NCBI GenBank assembly: GCA_965217775.1
Contig: CBDCJH010000002.1
Coordinates: 1,280,001 to 1,344,000 of the forward strand
Direction of reading: 5' to 3'
Length of the DNA stretch: 64,000 nt
Source of the DNA: Acidobacteriota bacterium
GTDB taxonomy: Bacteria; Acidobacteriota; UBA6911; RPQK01; JAJDTT01
Shown here: in pieces, positions 47,617 to 56,524 of the stretch
Layout of the letters: the number at the start of each line of letters is the position of its first letter
Numbering within the stretch: the stretch's first letter is position 1
Notes under the pieces: generated by a model
What the model was told of the DNA's origin: nothing
Seen by the model: the letters and a program-made list of their open reading frames with translations, nothing else
Databases searched by the model: none
Translations under genes and position numbers: made by a program

Positions 47617-49443
47617 TCAATCACCCAGGACGTTGTTTCGAATTCCGAAGATATTGTTTGGATCGGTGGCCCGCTTGATCTCTTTCAGGAGCCGGATACC
47701 TCGGGAAGAGAGGGCGTATTTCATGAAATCACTACGGAGTTTTCCGACTCCGTGGTGGTGGGAAATGGACCCTCCCGCGTCGATGATGGCTTGGCGCAGT
47801 GAGTGCTCGATCTGGCTGAAGACGGTTTCCGGATCCTCCACCCCCTTGGCGTAGAAGCCGAACATGAAGTAAATGCAGACTCCCGTGTGGTAGACCTGAG
47901 TGATTCGATAAGAGACGTAGGGCCGTCCCGGCAGGTCCAGTTCCTGGTGTCGGGCCTGAGCTTGGGCCACGACGGCGTCGCAAACCTGGTGGATGCGATC
48001 CCAGGGGACCGAGGTCTCGAAGGTCTCTCCCAGAATGTGGAAGTCCGAAAGAAAGTCCCGGATATAGGCGATGGCGAAGGTGAGCCGGTAGCCGCGGCGC
48101 CCGTTTTCGGATCCGCCGGGCAGGCCTCCGTACTTCTTGGCCAGTTTGTAGAGGCCGTTTTCCTGAAAGGAGACCTCTTCGTGGGAGCCTTCCATGAGGA
48201 TGGTGGCGGCGGACATCCGATGGGGGTCGAATTTCTTGACCTTGAGCACTAAGAACTTCTTCAGCTTGTTCATCAAAGCCGCCGATCCGGTGGCCCTCGG
48301 CTTGAGCGCTTGGCCAAAACGGAATTGGACGTTGTCCACCAGACGGATGCTGGCGGGAACGAAACCGGTTTCAGCCAAGCTCCGAAGGAAGGAAACACCC
48401 TTCGTGAAGTCGGGAAAGACGAGGGAGCCATACTCGCGGACCTGGGGCCGCGGATGGATCTTGATGACGGCGCTGGTGATGAGGCCCAGGTTGCCTTCGC
48501 TGCCGAAGAATAGGCTCTGCGGCTGCATCCCCATGGAAACCCGGGGGGAGGCCGTCAGATGCTCCACCCGGCCGGTGGGCGTGATCAGCGTCACTTTTTC
48601 GACGATATCCTCGATATTTCCGTATCGATTCTTCTTCATTCCGCTGGCATTGGTGGCGATCCATCCTCCGAGAGTCGAGAGCTCGATGCTGTCGGGCTCG
48701 TGACCGGAGACGAAACCGGCCTCCCCGAGCCGGCGTTCCAGCTCGTCCCCCGTGATGCCCGCCTGGACCAGGGCCCGCTGGTTCTCGCGATCGATCCATT
48801 CGACGCGATTCATCCGCCTCATGTCCACCGAAACGATCATGCGCTTTTCCGAGGCAGGAAGTTTCAAGGCGCAACTGACGCTGGTGCCGCCACCGAATGG
48901 AACGAGGCAGACGTCCATGGTCCGGGCCAGTGCCACCAGCATCGCGCAGTCCTTCTCCGCTTCGGGGTAGATGACCATGTCGGCGACGCGTTCGAGCTGG
49001 GAGTAAACGACCCGGAAGACTTCGTCGGCGCTGGTCTGGCCGTGGCTGTGGACCAGTCTTTCGTGATCGTCGAAGGTGTATTGGCCGGGACGGTAGAAGT
49101 TGGCCAGACGACGGCAGAACCTGCGGTTCTTTTGGGGGGCGGGAACCGGTTTGGGATCGACCTCGCGGCGTTTTTCCTTGAAATCGGGATCGAGTCCCAG
49201 GACTTCTCTCACGTAGGGGAGGAAGTCGTGCATCTTGTAGCCGCACAGTTCGTAGCGATTACCGGTGAGGGTCACGGAGTCGTCGTCGTTGAGCACGAAT
49301 CGGGTGTCGGCGAATCCCCAACGGTGTCCCCATGTCGGTTCATTGGTCCGGCTGGCCATCGCTATTTTCCGATCCACTCCGCTTGCCAGATCATCCGCCG
49401 AAGGACGCCACCCGATCGGGGGCGCCGATTCCGGCGTTGCCAA
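47617..49443 (-). CDS. Alkyl-dihydroxyacetonephosphate synthase (AGPS)-like FAD enzyme
   Basis: FGGGTSV, GHEPDS.ELSTLGGW…ASGMKKNRYGNIED, GSEG.LG, PASIRL.DN, ETFETSVPW, CIYF, SHHHGVGK. Start at 49443 (TTG) or 49359 (ATG). Confidence 0.88.
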   Translation of the reverse strand: MATPESAPPIGWRPSADDLASGVDRKIAMASRTNEPTWGHRWGFADTRFVLNDDDSVTLTGNRYELCGYKMHDFLPYVREVLGLDPDFKEKRREVDPKPVPAPQKNRRFCRRLANFYRPGQYTFDDHERLVHSHGQTSADEVFRVVYSQLERVADMVIYPEAEKDCAMLVALARTMDVCLVPFGGGTSVSCALKLPASEKRMIVSVDMRRMNRVEWIDRENQRALVQAGITGDELERRLGEAGFVSGHEPDSIELSTLGGWIATNASGMKKNRYGNIEDIVEKVTLITPTGRVEHLTASPRVSMGMQPQSLFFGSEGNLGLITSAVIKIHPRPQVREYGSLVFPDFTKGVSFLRSLAETGFVPASIRLVDNVQFRFGQALKPRATGSAALMNKLKKFLVLKVKKFDPHRMSAATILMEGSHEEVSFQENGLYKLAKKYGGLPGGSENGRRGYRLTFAIAYIRDFLSDFHILGETFETSVPWDRIHQVCDAVVAQAQARHQELDLPGRPYVSYRITQVYHTGVCIYFMFGFYAKGVEDPETVFSQIEHSLRQAIIDAGGSISHHHGVGKLRSDFMKYALSSRGIRLLKEIKRATDPNNIFGIRNNVLGD

Positions 49444-49572
49444 GTGTGATTGTTCACACTGAGATAGTGATGCGCAACTCCGGGCGAGCGGTTACAGTGG
49501 AGTCGCCTGACCTTCCATGGCGGCAACGCTGCCCCCGCCCGCAATGCCCCAGGGTTCCCCATCGCCATCCGT

Positions 49573-50439
49573 TCAATGGACGAACCGGAACCGGACTTCC
49601 CGGCGGGCGCGCGCCTGCCACCAAGCCTGAAAGTCATCCGGAGGGCGATTCTCCGGGTCGAGTATACGGGCGCGAAGGGTGACTGCAAGCGGATTCCGGT
49701 CGAAGGGGTAGGGGTCGATGACGACTCGGAATTCGCCCGCCGGACGGACTTTGAGTGAGACTCGATCGTTCCAGCTCGTGCGCGGAATCTCGCGGAGGGT
49801 TCGCTCCTTGTCTCCTCCGAAGCAGAGGTGGAGCGAGAGGGCGTCGCAGAGCTGCAGAAAGCGGATATGGGGGTGCAGGTGCCGCGGCTCGACGGCCGGG
49901 GCCCATTCGGGATCGCGCTGGAGGCGTGCCACGAGCTGTTCCTGCAAGACGTGTTGGTCGGCAACGAACTGCTTGGCGTCCATGAGTTCTTCGCCCTCGC
50001 GCGAGGGCCGATCAGCCGGCTTGCCGAAGAGCGGGTGGAGGAATGGGGGCGAGTCCTCGGCTTGGACGCGGGGTGCGTGCAGCCAGTAGGCGTGCAAGCT
50101 GATGAGCAGTGCGACGTAGGGATGGTCGTCCCCGAAACGGTGTACGCCCAGGCGCCAGCGTTGGAGACCGTCGGACTGCCTGAGGCTCGCCAGATCCAAC
50201 GGGAGGCCGTCGGTGGGGTCGATCTGAGGGTCCGCCTCCCATTCCCACCAACCGTTGTCGTGCTCGGCGATGGCCAGGACGGTTTCGGCTCGCAGCCGTT
50301 CGGGATCGGGACAGGGTGCGTATTGGCCGGGGCGGGCGAATTCGTCGTTGCCCCAGTGAGCGGCCAGGTAACCGGCGGCGGCGGCGTGGTCGGGCTGCGA
50401 GATGCACCAGAGTTCGTCACCGACCGTGCGCTTCAGCAT
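49573..50439 (-). CDS. DUF3891 family protein
   Basis: ISQPDHA…LAAHWG, AIAEHDNGW, ALLISLH, LQLCDALSL..C, DPYPF. Confidence 0.8.
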   Translation of the reverse strand: MLKRTVGDELWCISQPDHAAAAGYLAAHWGNDEFARPGQYAPCPDPERLRAETVLAIAEHDNGWWEWEADPQIDPTDGLPLDLASLRQSDGLQRWRLGVHRFGDDHPYVALLISLHAYWLHAPRVQAEDSPPFLHPLFGKPADRPSREGEELMDAKQFVADQHVLQEQLVARLQRDPEWAPAVEPRHLHPHIRFLQLCDALSLHLCFGGDKERTLREIPRTSWNDRVSLKVRPAGEFRVVIDPYPFDRNPLAVTLRARILDPENRPPDDFQAWWQARARREVRFRFVH

Positions 50440-50475
50440 GGTTCCTCCGAACGGGTGACTCTCAACTCTGGGGGA

Positions 50476-50679
50476 TCAGGATTTTGAGAGGCGGCCGGCC
50501 TTCCACAGCAGGAAGGTTGCCGCCGCCAGCAGGAACAGGGTCAACAGCAGCTTCACCTCCCACAGCGCGTAGGTGTAGTAAAAAGAAGCCGACAGCAGGA
50601 GGCCCACCAGTAACAGGAGCCATCCGCTGTATAGGTATTCGCCGCGAAGTTTCCGCCGCTGGTTCTCTCCGGTGTCCAT
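50476..50679 (-). CDS. Small two-TM membrane protein
   Basis: MDTGENQRRK followed by two hydrophobic segments. Confidence 0.55.
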   Translation of the reverse strand: MDTGENQRRKLRGEYLYSGWLLLLVGLLLSASFYYTYALWEVKLLLTLFLLAAATFLLWKAGRLSKS

Positions 50680-50759
50680 GCTTCTGGGAGCGTAGCAGCC
50701 TGAGGCCCAAGTCTCCAACGTTCAGCCGGCGCCGTTGCCGGAACCAGGATGCCTCGGGG

Positions 50760-51650
50760 TCAGGAGCCCGGAAACGGCTGCGGGCTTCTCTTCTCCACAT
50801 AGGAAATGAGAAGGCGATGCCTGAGTGAGGCCAGCGTCCGCTTCATGGATCTTCTGGCGATCGATCTCACGATGGGGGCCACGATCGGTTTGAAGATGAC
50901 GGGATAGCCGCGGCTCAAGGACAGTGATTCGCATTCCACCACGACCCCGCCATCGACCTGCTGGTATCTCCAATAGGAATTGAGGCGCCAAAGGAATCCG
51001 CGATCCAGTCCGGGAATCTTCTCCCGCTCTTGAGGAGTGTGGAGTTTCTCCAACTCGGCGATGCGGGTGGCAATGCTGCGGCTCGAGGCCCGGAGCGGAT
51101 CGTGCCAGCGGTAGCGGACCAGGTGTTCCGTATTGTAGGCGACGGTGACGATCTTCTTGCGGACCAACTTCAGGTAGATGCGCAGAGAGTCCTGGTCCCG
51201 CTCCAAGATCCGGGTCTCCAGCACGTCTTTCTGGGGAGGTATCCTGAGGTCCGGATAGCGCAGGCGATGAATGACCTGTTCCACCCGGACGGAGGGAATC
51301 AGAATCGTCCCCCGCCAGTGGTGGATCATTCCACCGGGGACTTTGATGGCTCGACCCCGGGGATCCTCCGTTTCCATGCGGGCGACCATGACCTGGCCCG
51401 AACGAACCCGTTGCCAAGTCGCTCGTGCTTCGTTCAGCCGCCCGAATTCGTGAATGAAGAACCCTTTCTCGGATGCCAGCTCATTGCCGATTCTATCCTC
51501 GGTGAGTCGAACGTATCGGTCCCAGGCCAGCAGGGTTTCGGGTTTCAGCTCGGCTCCCTGAACCGGTGAGTCCAAACCCAGGACAGAAACCGTGGCCAGG
51601 ATCATGGTTGCCCGTGTCAGTCTGCTCTTGATCGACGGATTCGGCTTCAT
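50760..51650 (-). CDS. Secreted hypothetical protein, paralogue of 55500-56324
   Basis: Signal peptide; LKPET..A..YV, VPGG.IHHW.G..IP, GFLWRLNSYW, DGGVVVECESLSLSR. Confidence 0.75.
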   Translation of the reverse strand: MKPNPSIKSRLTRATMILATVSVLGLDSPVQGAELKPETLLAWDRYVRLTEDRIGNELASEKGFFIHEFGRLNEARATWQRVRSGQVMVARMETEDPRGRAIKVPGGMIHHWRGTILIPSVRVEQVIHRLRYPDLRIPPQKDVLETRILERDQDSLRIYLKLVRKKIVTVAYNTEHLVRYRWHDPLRASSRSIATRIAELEKLHTPQEREKIPGLDRGFLWRLNSYWRYQQVDGGVVVECESLSLSRGYPVIFKPIVAPIVRSIARRSMKRTLASLRHRLLISYVEKRSPQPFPGS

Positions 51651-51651
51651 T

Positions 51652-52077
51652 TCAGTCCTCCTTGGCGGCCTGCTTGAAGACCAGCCAATTGCTGGAAAAG
51701 TAGTTCAACGTGGAGCAGGAGGCGATGGCCAGCAGGTTTGCCGGCAGGTAATGGAGATTCAGGCCGGCCACCAGGAGTTCCATCAGAAACAGGTTCTGGA
51801 CGATGGAGACGGTGCCGACCGTCATATTGAATCGGAGCAACCGACCCCAAACGTTCGTATTCGCTGTTGCCGTGCGGTCCGACCAGGTCCAACGGTCATG
51901 CCAGCAGAAGTTGTGCAACACCGCCATCTCCACGGCCAGGGCTGTGGCCGGCAGGTAATGCAGGTTCCAGACTCCGCGCAGAAACATGAGCACCGTGATC
52001 TGAACCATCACTCCCATCAGACCGACGGCGTTGAAACGTGCCCAGCGAATCAAATGTTCCATCTCAGCCGTCCTCAC
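51652..52077 (-). CDS. GtrA-family membrane protein
   Basis: RFNAVG, LAVE.AVLHNF.WH.RWTW, NY…WLVF. Confidence 0.88.
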   Translation of the reverse strand: MRTAEMEHLIRWARFNAVGLMGVMVQITVLMFLRGVWNLHYLPATALAVEMAVLHNFCWHDRWTWSDRTATANTNVWGRLLRFNMTVGTVSIVQNLFLMELLVAGLNLHYLPANLLAIASCSTLNYFSSNWLVFKQAAKED

Positions 52078-52850
52078 ACCCGGTCCCGGTGAGATCTGGG
52101 GAAAGCGGATCCGATCGGACCAAATCCGGTCGAGGGGAACCGGGGCAAGCTGATGGGGAGGGGAGGTTGCACCCGTGGCCGGGGTTCGGCGCGGTACAAC
52201 TTTCGAGTATGCCGGAGGGCGGAGACGGTGAACGTCAGCACCAGACCCAGGATTCCGACCAGGCCCCCGACGTCGAAGAGATTGAAGGTTCCCAGTTCTC
52301 CCAGTCCGACCACTGGCTTGTAGAAGAGAAATACCGTGCCCGCGGCCAGCAAGAGTCGCAGTTCGGTCGGTCCCACCTTCAGGAAGGAGAGCCGAAAGAC
52401 CCCCAGGACATGAGTGGCGAGATAGATCTCGGCAGAGACCATCAGATACGCGATCAGCAGGCCGAGTCCGATGACGGGGTTCATGAATTCGGAAGCGGCG
52501 AGGCCTCCCAGGAGAAACAGTGTCCCCACCAGGTCCAGGACGTGATCGACGTAATAGCCGTAACGCGGCCGTTGCTGTTTACGGATCCGGGCCAGGGTGC
52601 CGTCCAGGCTGTCTCCGAACCAGTTCAGAACCAGGCCCGCTACGACGAAGATCAAGGCCCGCTGGTCCCAGGATGCGGCCCAGAAGGAAAGGCCCACTCC
52701 CAGCATCGCCAGGACTCCCAGCAGGCTCAGATGGTCCGCGTTGACCCAGGCCGGAAGTCGCCGGGCGATCCGGACCAGAAGTCTTTTTTCGGCGGAGGCC
52801 AGAATGCTGTCGTGGTGCCGAACGTGTTTGAAACCCTTTTGTCTCTCCAT
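52074..52850 (-). CDS. CDP-alcohol phosphatidyltransferase
   Basis: DSLDGTLAR…RYGYYVDH..D signature. Confidence 0.9.
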   Translation of the reverse strand: MERQKGFKHVRHHDSILASAEKRLLVRIARRLPAWVNADHLSLLGVLAMLGVGLSFWAASWDQRALIFVVAGLVLNWFGDSLDGTLARIRKQQRPRYGYYVDHVLDLVGTLFLLGGLAASEFMNPVIGLGLLIAYLMVSAEIYLATHVLGVFRLSFLKVGPTELRLLLAAGTVFLFYKPVVGLGELGTFNLFDVGGLVGILGLVLTFTVSALRHTRKLYRAEPRPRVQPPLPISLPRFPSTGFGPIGSAFPRSHRDRV

Positions 52851-52959
52851 GAAACCTCCTCTTCGGTTCTAGTCAGCAGCCCGTGAACTGCCAAGTTGTT
52901 CGCCGGCAGCGATCGGCCGCACTGACTGGGAATGTGAGAAAGTCGGGAAAAAGGGCTCA

Positions 52960-53255
52960 ACAGCCCGTGACAGGAGTCCTCACGGCATTCGACCGGGTCT
53001 GCATCCCGGCGGACTGCGTTGCTCCTCGGTCACAGACTCCCGGCATGCTCCCTCAGCCCGCATTTCTCACCAGGTCGCTACCCGTATGATGAAAAAGAAC
53101 CTGTTTTTGAGCATTTACGCGAATTTGTCCAAGGGTTCTCCGGGACAGACTGCGCGCTCGTCACGCCCCCTGGTGAGAAATGCGGGCTCAGAGCGCCTTG
53201 TCCGGCGGGCGCAGCCCCGGTCTCGATGCTACGCGGGACTCCTGCCACGGGCTGT
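52960..53255. mobile_element. Palindromic MITE-like element, copy 2 (161 bp plus a 135-bp nested insertion)
   Basis: acagcccgtgacaggagtc … gactcctgccacgggctgt; collinear with 7256-7415 after removing 53056-53190. Confidence 0.85.
53056..53187. mobile_element. 132-bp MITE nested in copy 2
   Basis: Perfect 19-bp IR gcccgcatttctcaccagg / cctggtgagaaatgcgggc; TCA direct repeat at 53053-55 and 53188-90. Confidence 0.85.
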
Positions 53256-54796
53256 TAGCCCAGGTTGGAGGATCGGTTGGGTGAAGTTGGGACGGGAGGC
53301 ATTCCCGGCGTGAAAACGGCGCGCTCGGTGGCCGGCTCGACCACCAGGAAGACCACCGTGTAACTGACGGCAACGGCAGCCAGACAGCCGGCGAGGAGTT
53401 GTTCCTGGGTGACGATCAGGGCGGACCCAAGGAGAAGACACAGAGAGAAGAGTCCATCGACCCGTTGTTTCCACCCGCCGACCCGGTTCAGTTCCGCTTC
53501 GATGGCGGATCGGTTGAATCGTGCGGTGAACAGGAGGTGGGTGCGGATGGTGCCGTTGCACAGGGCACAGCCCAGCACCAGAAAGAAAAGGACCAGGGGC
53601 AACAACTGGACGCCGGGCGGCCGGGAGGCGGCCTGTTTGAATTCCCAGGCTCCGTACACCATCAGGGCGTAAAGCAGGATCACGGCAGCCTGGTGGAAGA
53701 CCCACCAACCGCCCTGAAGCGATTCCCGGGACGCGAAAGCTTCCTGGGGTTTGCCTCTGAGGTCCGATTCCAGGCGCTGCACCTGTTCCAGGAGTTCCTC
53801 GGTGGACGGAAAACGGTCGGACGGATCCTTTTCGAGACAACGCAAGAGGATCGGTTCCAGCACGGAGGGCGGTCCGATGGCGTCCGTCCGTCCGGGTCTG
53901 CTCTCCAGGATCCTGGCCACCGTCGCGAGAGGCGTCTTGCCTTCGAATGGGTGACGTCCGGTGGCCAGCTCGTACAAGAGCACTCCGAACGAGAAAATGT
54001 CGGAGCGGAAATCGGCTTCCTGACCCTCCAGTTGTTCCGGAGCCATGTAGACGGGGGTTCCCAGAACGGCTCCGGCCTGGGTCAAACGTTGGCTCTGAGA
54101 GGGTTCGAGTGTGGGAAGAGCCAAACCGAAGTCGACGATTTTCAGATTGCCTTCGACGTCCAATAGAATGTTCTCGGGTTTGAGATCTCGATGAATCACG
54201 CCGTTGGAGTGGGCGGCCACCAGGCCCCTGCACACCTGCGTGGCCACCCGCAGGAGTTCGGGGAGGGGAAGCGGCCCCTGTTCGATTCGTGATCTCAGAT
54301 TTTCCCCCTCGACGTACTCACCGGCGATGAATAGTCCGTCATCGAATTCCTCCAAGGCATAGACGGCGGCGATGGCGGGATGATTCAGGGAAGCCGCGAC
54401 CTTGGCCTCACGGCGAAGCCGCCGGCGTTGTTCGTGGTTGCGGCCCAGCAGGGGAGAGACGGCCTTGAGAGCCACGGTGCGGTCCAGACGGGTGTCGAGG
54501 GCACGGTAGACGACGCCCATTCCACCCCGCCCGGCCTCCCCGAGAATCCGGTACGGGCCCAGCGTGTCCCCTTCGGTGAGGAGGCGCGCTGTTGCTTCCG
54601 GAGAGTCCTCTTGAAACAGGTCCCCTTCCAGGAAGGTGGCGTCGGGATCGTGGTGGGACAGAAGCGACAGGACCTCCCGGGTCAGGTCCGTATCGGGGGA
54701 ACATTCCCGCCGGACAAAAGCCTCCCGCGATTCCGAACCCTGTTCCAGGGCGGCTTCGAAGATCTCCTTGACTCGCCGAAACGTTTTCGGATTCAC
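53255..54796 (-). CDS. Hanks-type Ser/Thr kinase with a C-terminal multi-TM domain
   Basis: GTG 54796 overlaps the sigma stop; GRGGMGVVY, VALK, HRDLKPEN, DFGLA, GTPVYMAPEQ; about four C-terminal TMs. Confidence 0.92.
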   Translation of the reverse strand: MNPKTFRRVKEIFEAALEQGSESREAFVRRECSPDTDLTREVLSLLSHHDPDATFLEGDLFQEDSPEATARLLTEGDTLGPYRILGEAGRGGMGVVYRALDTRLDRTVALKAVSPLLGRNHEQRRRLRREAKVAASLNHPAIAAVYALEEFDDGLFIAGEYVEGENLRSRIEQGPLPLPELLRVATQVCRGLVAAHSNGVIHRDLKPENILLDVEGNLKIVDFGLALPTLEPSQSQRLTQAGAVLGTPVYMAPEQLEGQEADFRSDIFSFGVLLYELATGRHPFEGKTPLATVARILESRPGRTDAIGPPSVLEPILLRCLEKDPSDRFPSTEELLEQVQRLESDLRGKPQEAFASRESLQGGWWVFHQAAVILLYALMVYGAWEFKQAASRPPGVQLLPLVLFFLVLGCALCNGTIRTHLLFTARFNRSAIEAELNRVGGWKQRVDGLFSLCLLLGSALIVTQEQLLAGCLAAVAVSYTVVFLVVEPATERAVFTPGMPPVPTSPNRSSNLG

Positions 54797-55353
54797 GCAC
54801 TCAACTCGCGTCGCAACCAAGCCCTGGAGAGGGCCCACCAACGTTTGGTGGTGGCGGGTGAAATGCCCATGACCTCGCTGGTCTCGGCCAGGGTCAGACC
54901 CCCGAAGAACCTGAGCTCGACCAGTTGGGCCTGTTTCGGGTCCAACTCGGCAAGAGTCCGGAGGGCCTGGTCCAGCGCCAGGAAATCGATGGATCGAGCG
55001 CTCCGGCCCAGGGTCTCGTCGATCAGGGTGACTGCATGCTGCCCGCCGCCCCGCTTCTGGGCCATTCTGGCCCGCGCCCGCTCCACCAGAATCTGCCGCA
55101 TGGAACGGGCCGCGATACCCAGCAGATGGGCCCTGTCCTTCCAATGCAACCGCTTTTCGCCGAGTAGACGAAGGTACGCTTCGTGGACCAGGGCCGTGGC
55201 GCGTAACGTCTGGCGGGCTTCCCGGCGCATGTACATCGCGGCCAGCCCTCTCAATTCCCGGTAGACGACAGGGAAGAGTCGAGAAAGCGCGTGCTCGTTT
55301 CCGGACCTGGATTCCCGGATCAGACGCGCCACCAGTTGCGAATTGTCGGGCAC
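54793..55353 (-). CDS. ECF sigma factor, TIGR02999-like (kinase-associated)
   Basis: VYRELR.LA, TL.ATALVHEAYLRL, MRQILVE.AR…KRGG, VELRFFGGL, W…RAWL. Start approximate. Confidence 0.92.
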   Translation of the reverse strand: MPDNSQLVARLIRESRSGNEHALSRLFPVVYRELRGLAAMYMRREARQTLRATALVHEAYLRLLGEKRLHWKDRAHLLGIAARSMRQILVERARARMAQKRGGGQHAVTLIDETLGRSARSIDFLALDQALRTLAELDPKQAQLVELRFFGGLTLAETSEVMGISPATTKRWWALSRAWLRRELSA

Positions 55354-55499
55354 GAACTCACTCCCTGCCGCCGGGGAATCGCGTCCCACGTCGCCCCGCA
55401 ATCCGGCGGCCAACGGCCATCATATCAGCCGCGGTTCTCATCGCAGTCGCGGGAAACCTCCGGTCACTCCGTCAAGATTCCCGAACATCCCTTGCTCTC

Positions 55500-56324
55500 T
55501 CACTCCCCGCTCCTCACTCCTCCTTCGGCCCTGTCCATCACCGCCTGACGAGTGCCCCGGAGGGTGTTTCGGAGAGCCTGCCGGGGGACACTTGACACGA
55601 GCGGTTTGAACATCCATCGGAGCGCAAAGCGAATCCTCCGGGAGAGGGATACGGCCCAACACTCGGCGACGACGCCTCCCTCCCTCTGTTCCAGGTGCCA
55701 ATAGGCGTTCAGGCGCCACATGAAACCTCGGTCGTCCCCCACAGGCAGTTCTCGCTCCTTCGGCTTTCCCGCGTCTTTGACCTCGGCGATTCTGGTGCTT
55801 GTCGACACCCCCCTCCAGCGTTCCGGGGACACCTGGGTGTAGACGACTTCGTGCTCCGTGTTGAGGATCACGGTGAGGAGCTTCTTCATCCTGAGGCGCT
55901 GGTACCCTCGAAGCCTGTCGCCGTCACGGTGCAGGAGCCTGGAATCCAGAACCTCCGGGTACCATTCCTTGTGACGTTCGAAATCCATCAGCACCGACAG
56001 CACGTCTGCGGATGCGGCGCCGGGGATGAATACGGCCCCCAGCCAGACGTGGATCCGGCCTCCAGGGACTTCAGGCAGATCTTTCAGTTCGTCGATCAAT
56101 ATCTGCCCTCGCTTCAGGGCGGCCCGATGCTCGGGGTCCTGATCAAACCAGAGGAAGGGCATTTCCCCGCTGATTCGCTTTTCAAAAGTCGCTTCCAGGT
56201 TCCGTACGTATTGTTCGTATCCCTGGACTGTCTCCGGTTTCACCTTGACCCCGGCTTGCGCCCATTCCCCCATGGTCAGGAGGAGAATGGCGGCGGCGTG
56301 AAGTTTCAGGCATCTCGAATTCAC
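55500..56324 (-). CDS. Secreted hypothetical protein, paralogue of 50760-51650
   Basis: VKPET..Y..YV, VPGG.IHVW.G..FIP, GFMWRLNAYW, EGGVVAEC..SLSR. Confidence 0.75.
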   Translation of the reverse strand: MNSRCLKLHAAAILLLTMGEWAQAGVKVKPETVQGYEQYVRNLEATFEKRISGEMPFLWFDQDPEHRAALKRGQILIDELKDLPEVPGGRIHVWLGAVFIPGAASADVLSVLMDFERHKEWYPEVLDSRLLHRDGDRLRGYQRLRMKKLLTVILNTEHEVVYTQVSPERWRGVSTSTRIAEVKDAGKPKERELPVGDDRGFMWRLNAYWHLEQREGGVVAECWAVSLSRRIRFALRWMFKPLVSSVPRQALRNTLRGTRQAVMDRAEGGVRSGE

Positions 56325-56524
56325 AGGATCCCGCTCCCGAAGACGACGCTGATGTATTCCTCCCGGCAACCGGTGCGCCAAGCTTGGGCTTTCCGGGAAA
56401 ATAGTACGATATTCTTTCGAAACAGGGATGCAGGATCGACCCTTCGTCACCTGCCGTTGCGTCTCCGGGTCCTCGGTTGGAACACTTCCATCGAGTGTGT
56501 GATGATTTCCATTGCGGGTTCCAC

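Noticed and set aside
52874-52886. cagcagcccgtga, resembling the MITE left end
   Set aside because: Short match with no continuation or partner end; chance or an old scar.
54797-55144. Apparent sigma-kinase fusion or kinase N-terminal extension
   Set aside because: Different frames with an ordinary GTGA stop/start overlap.
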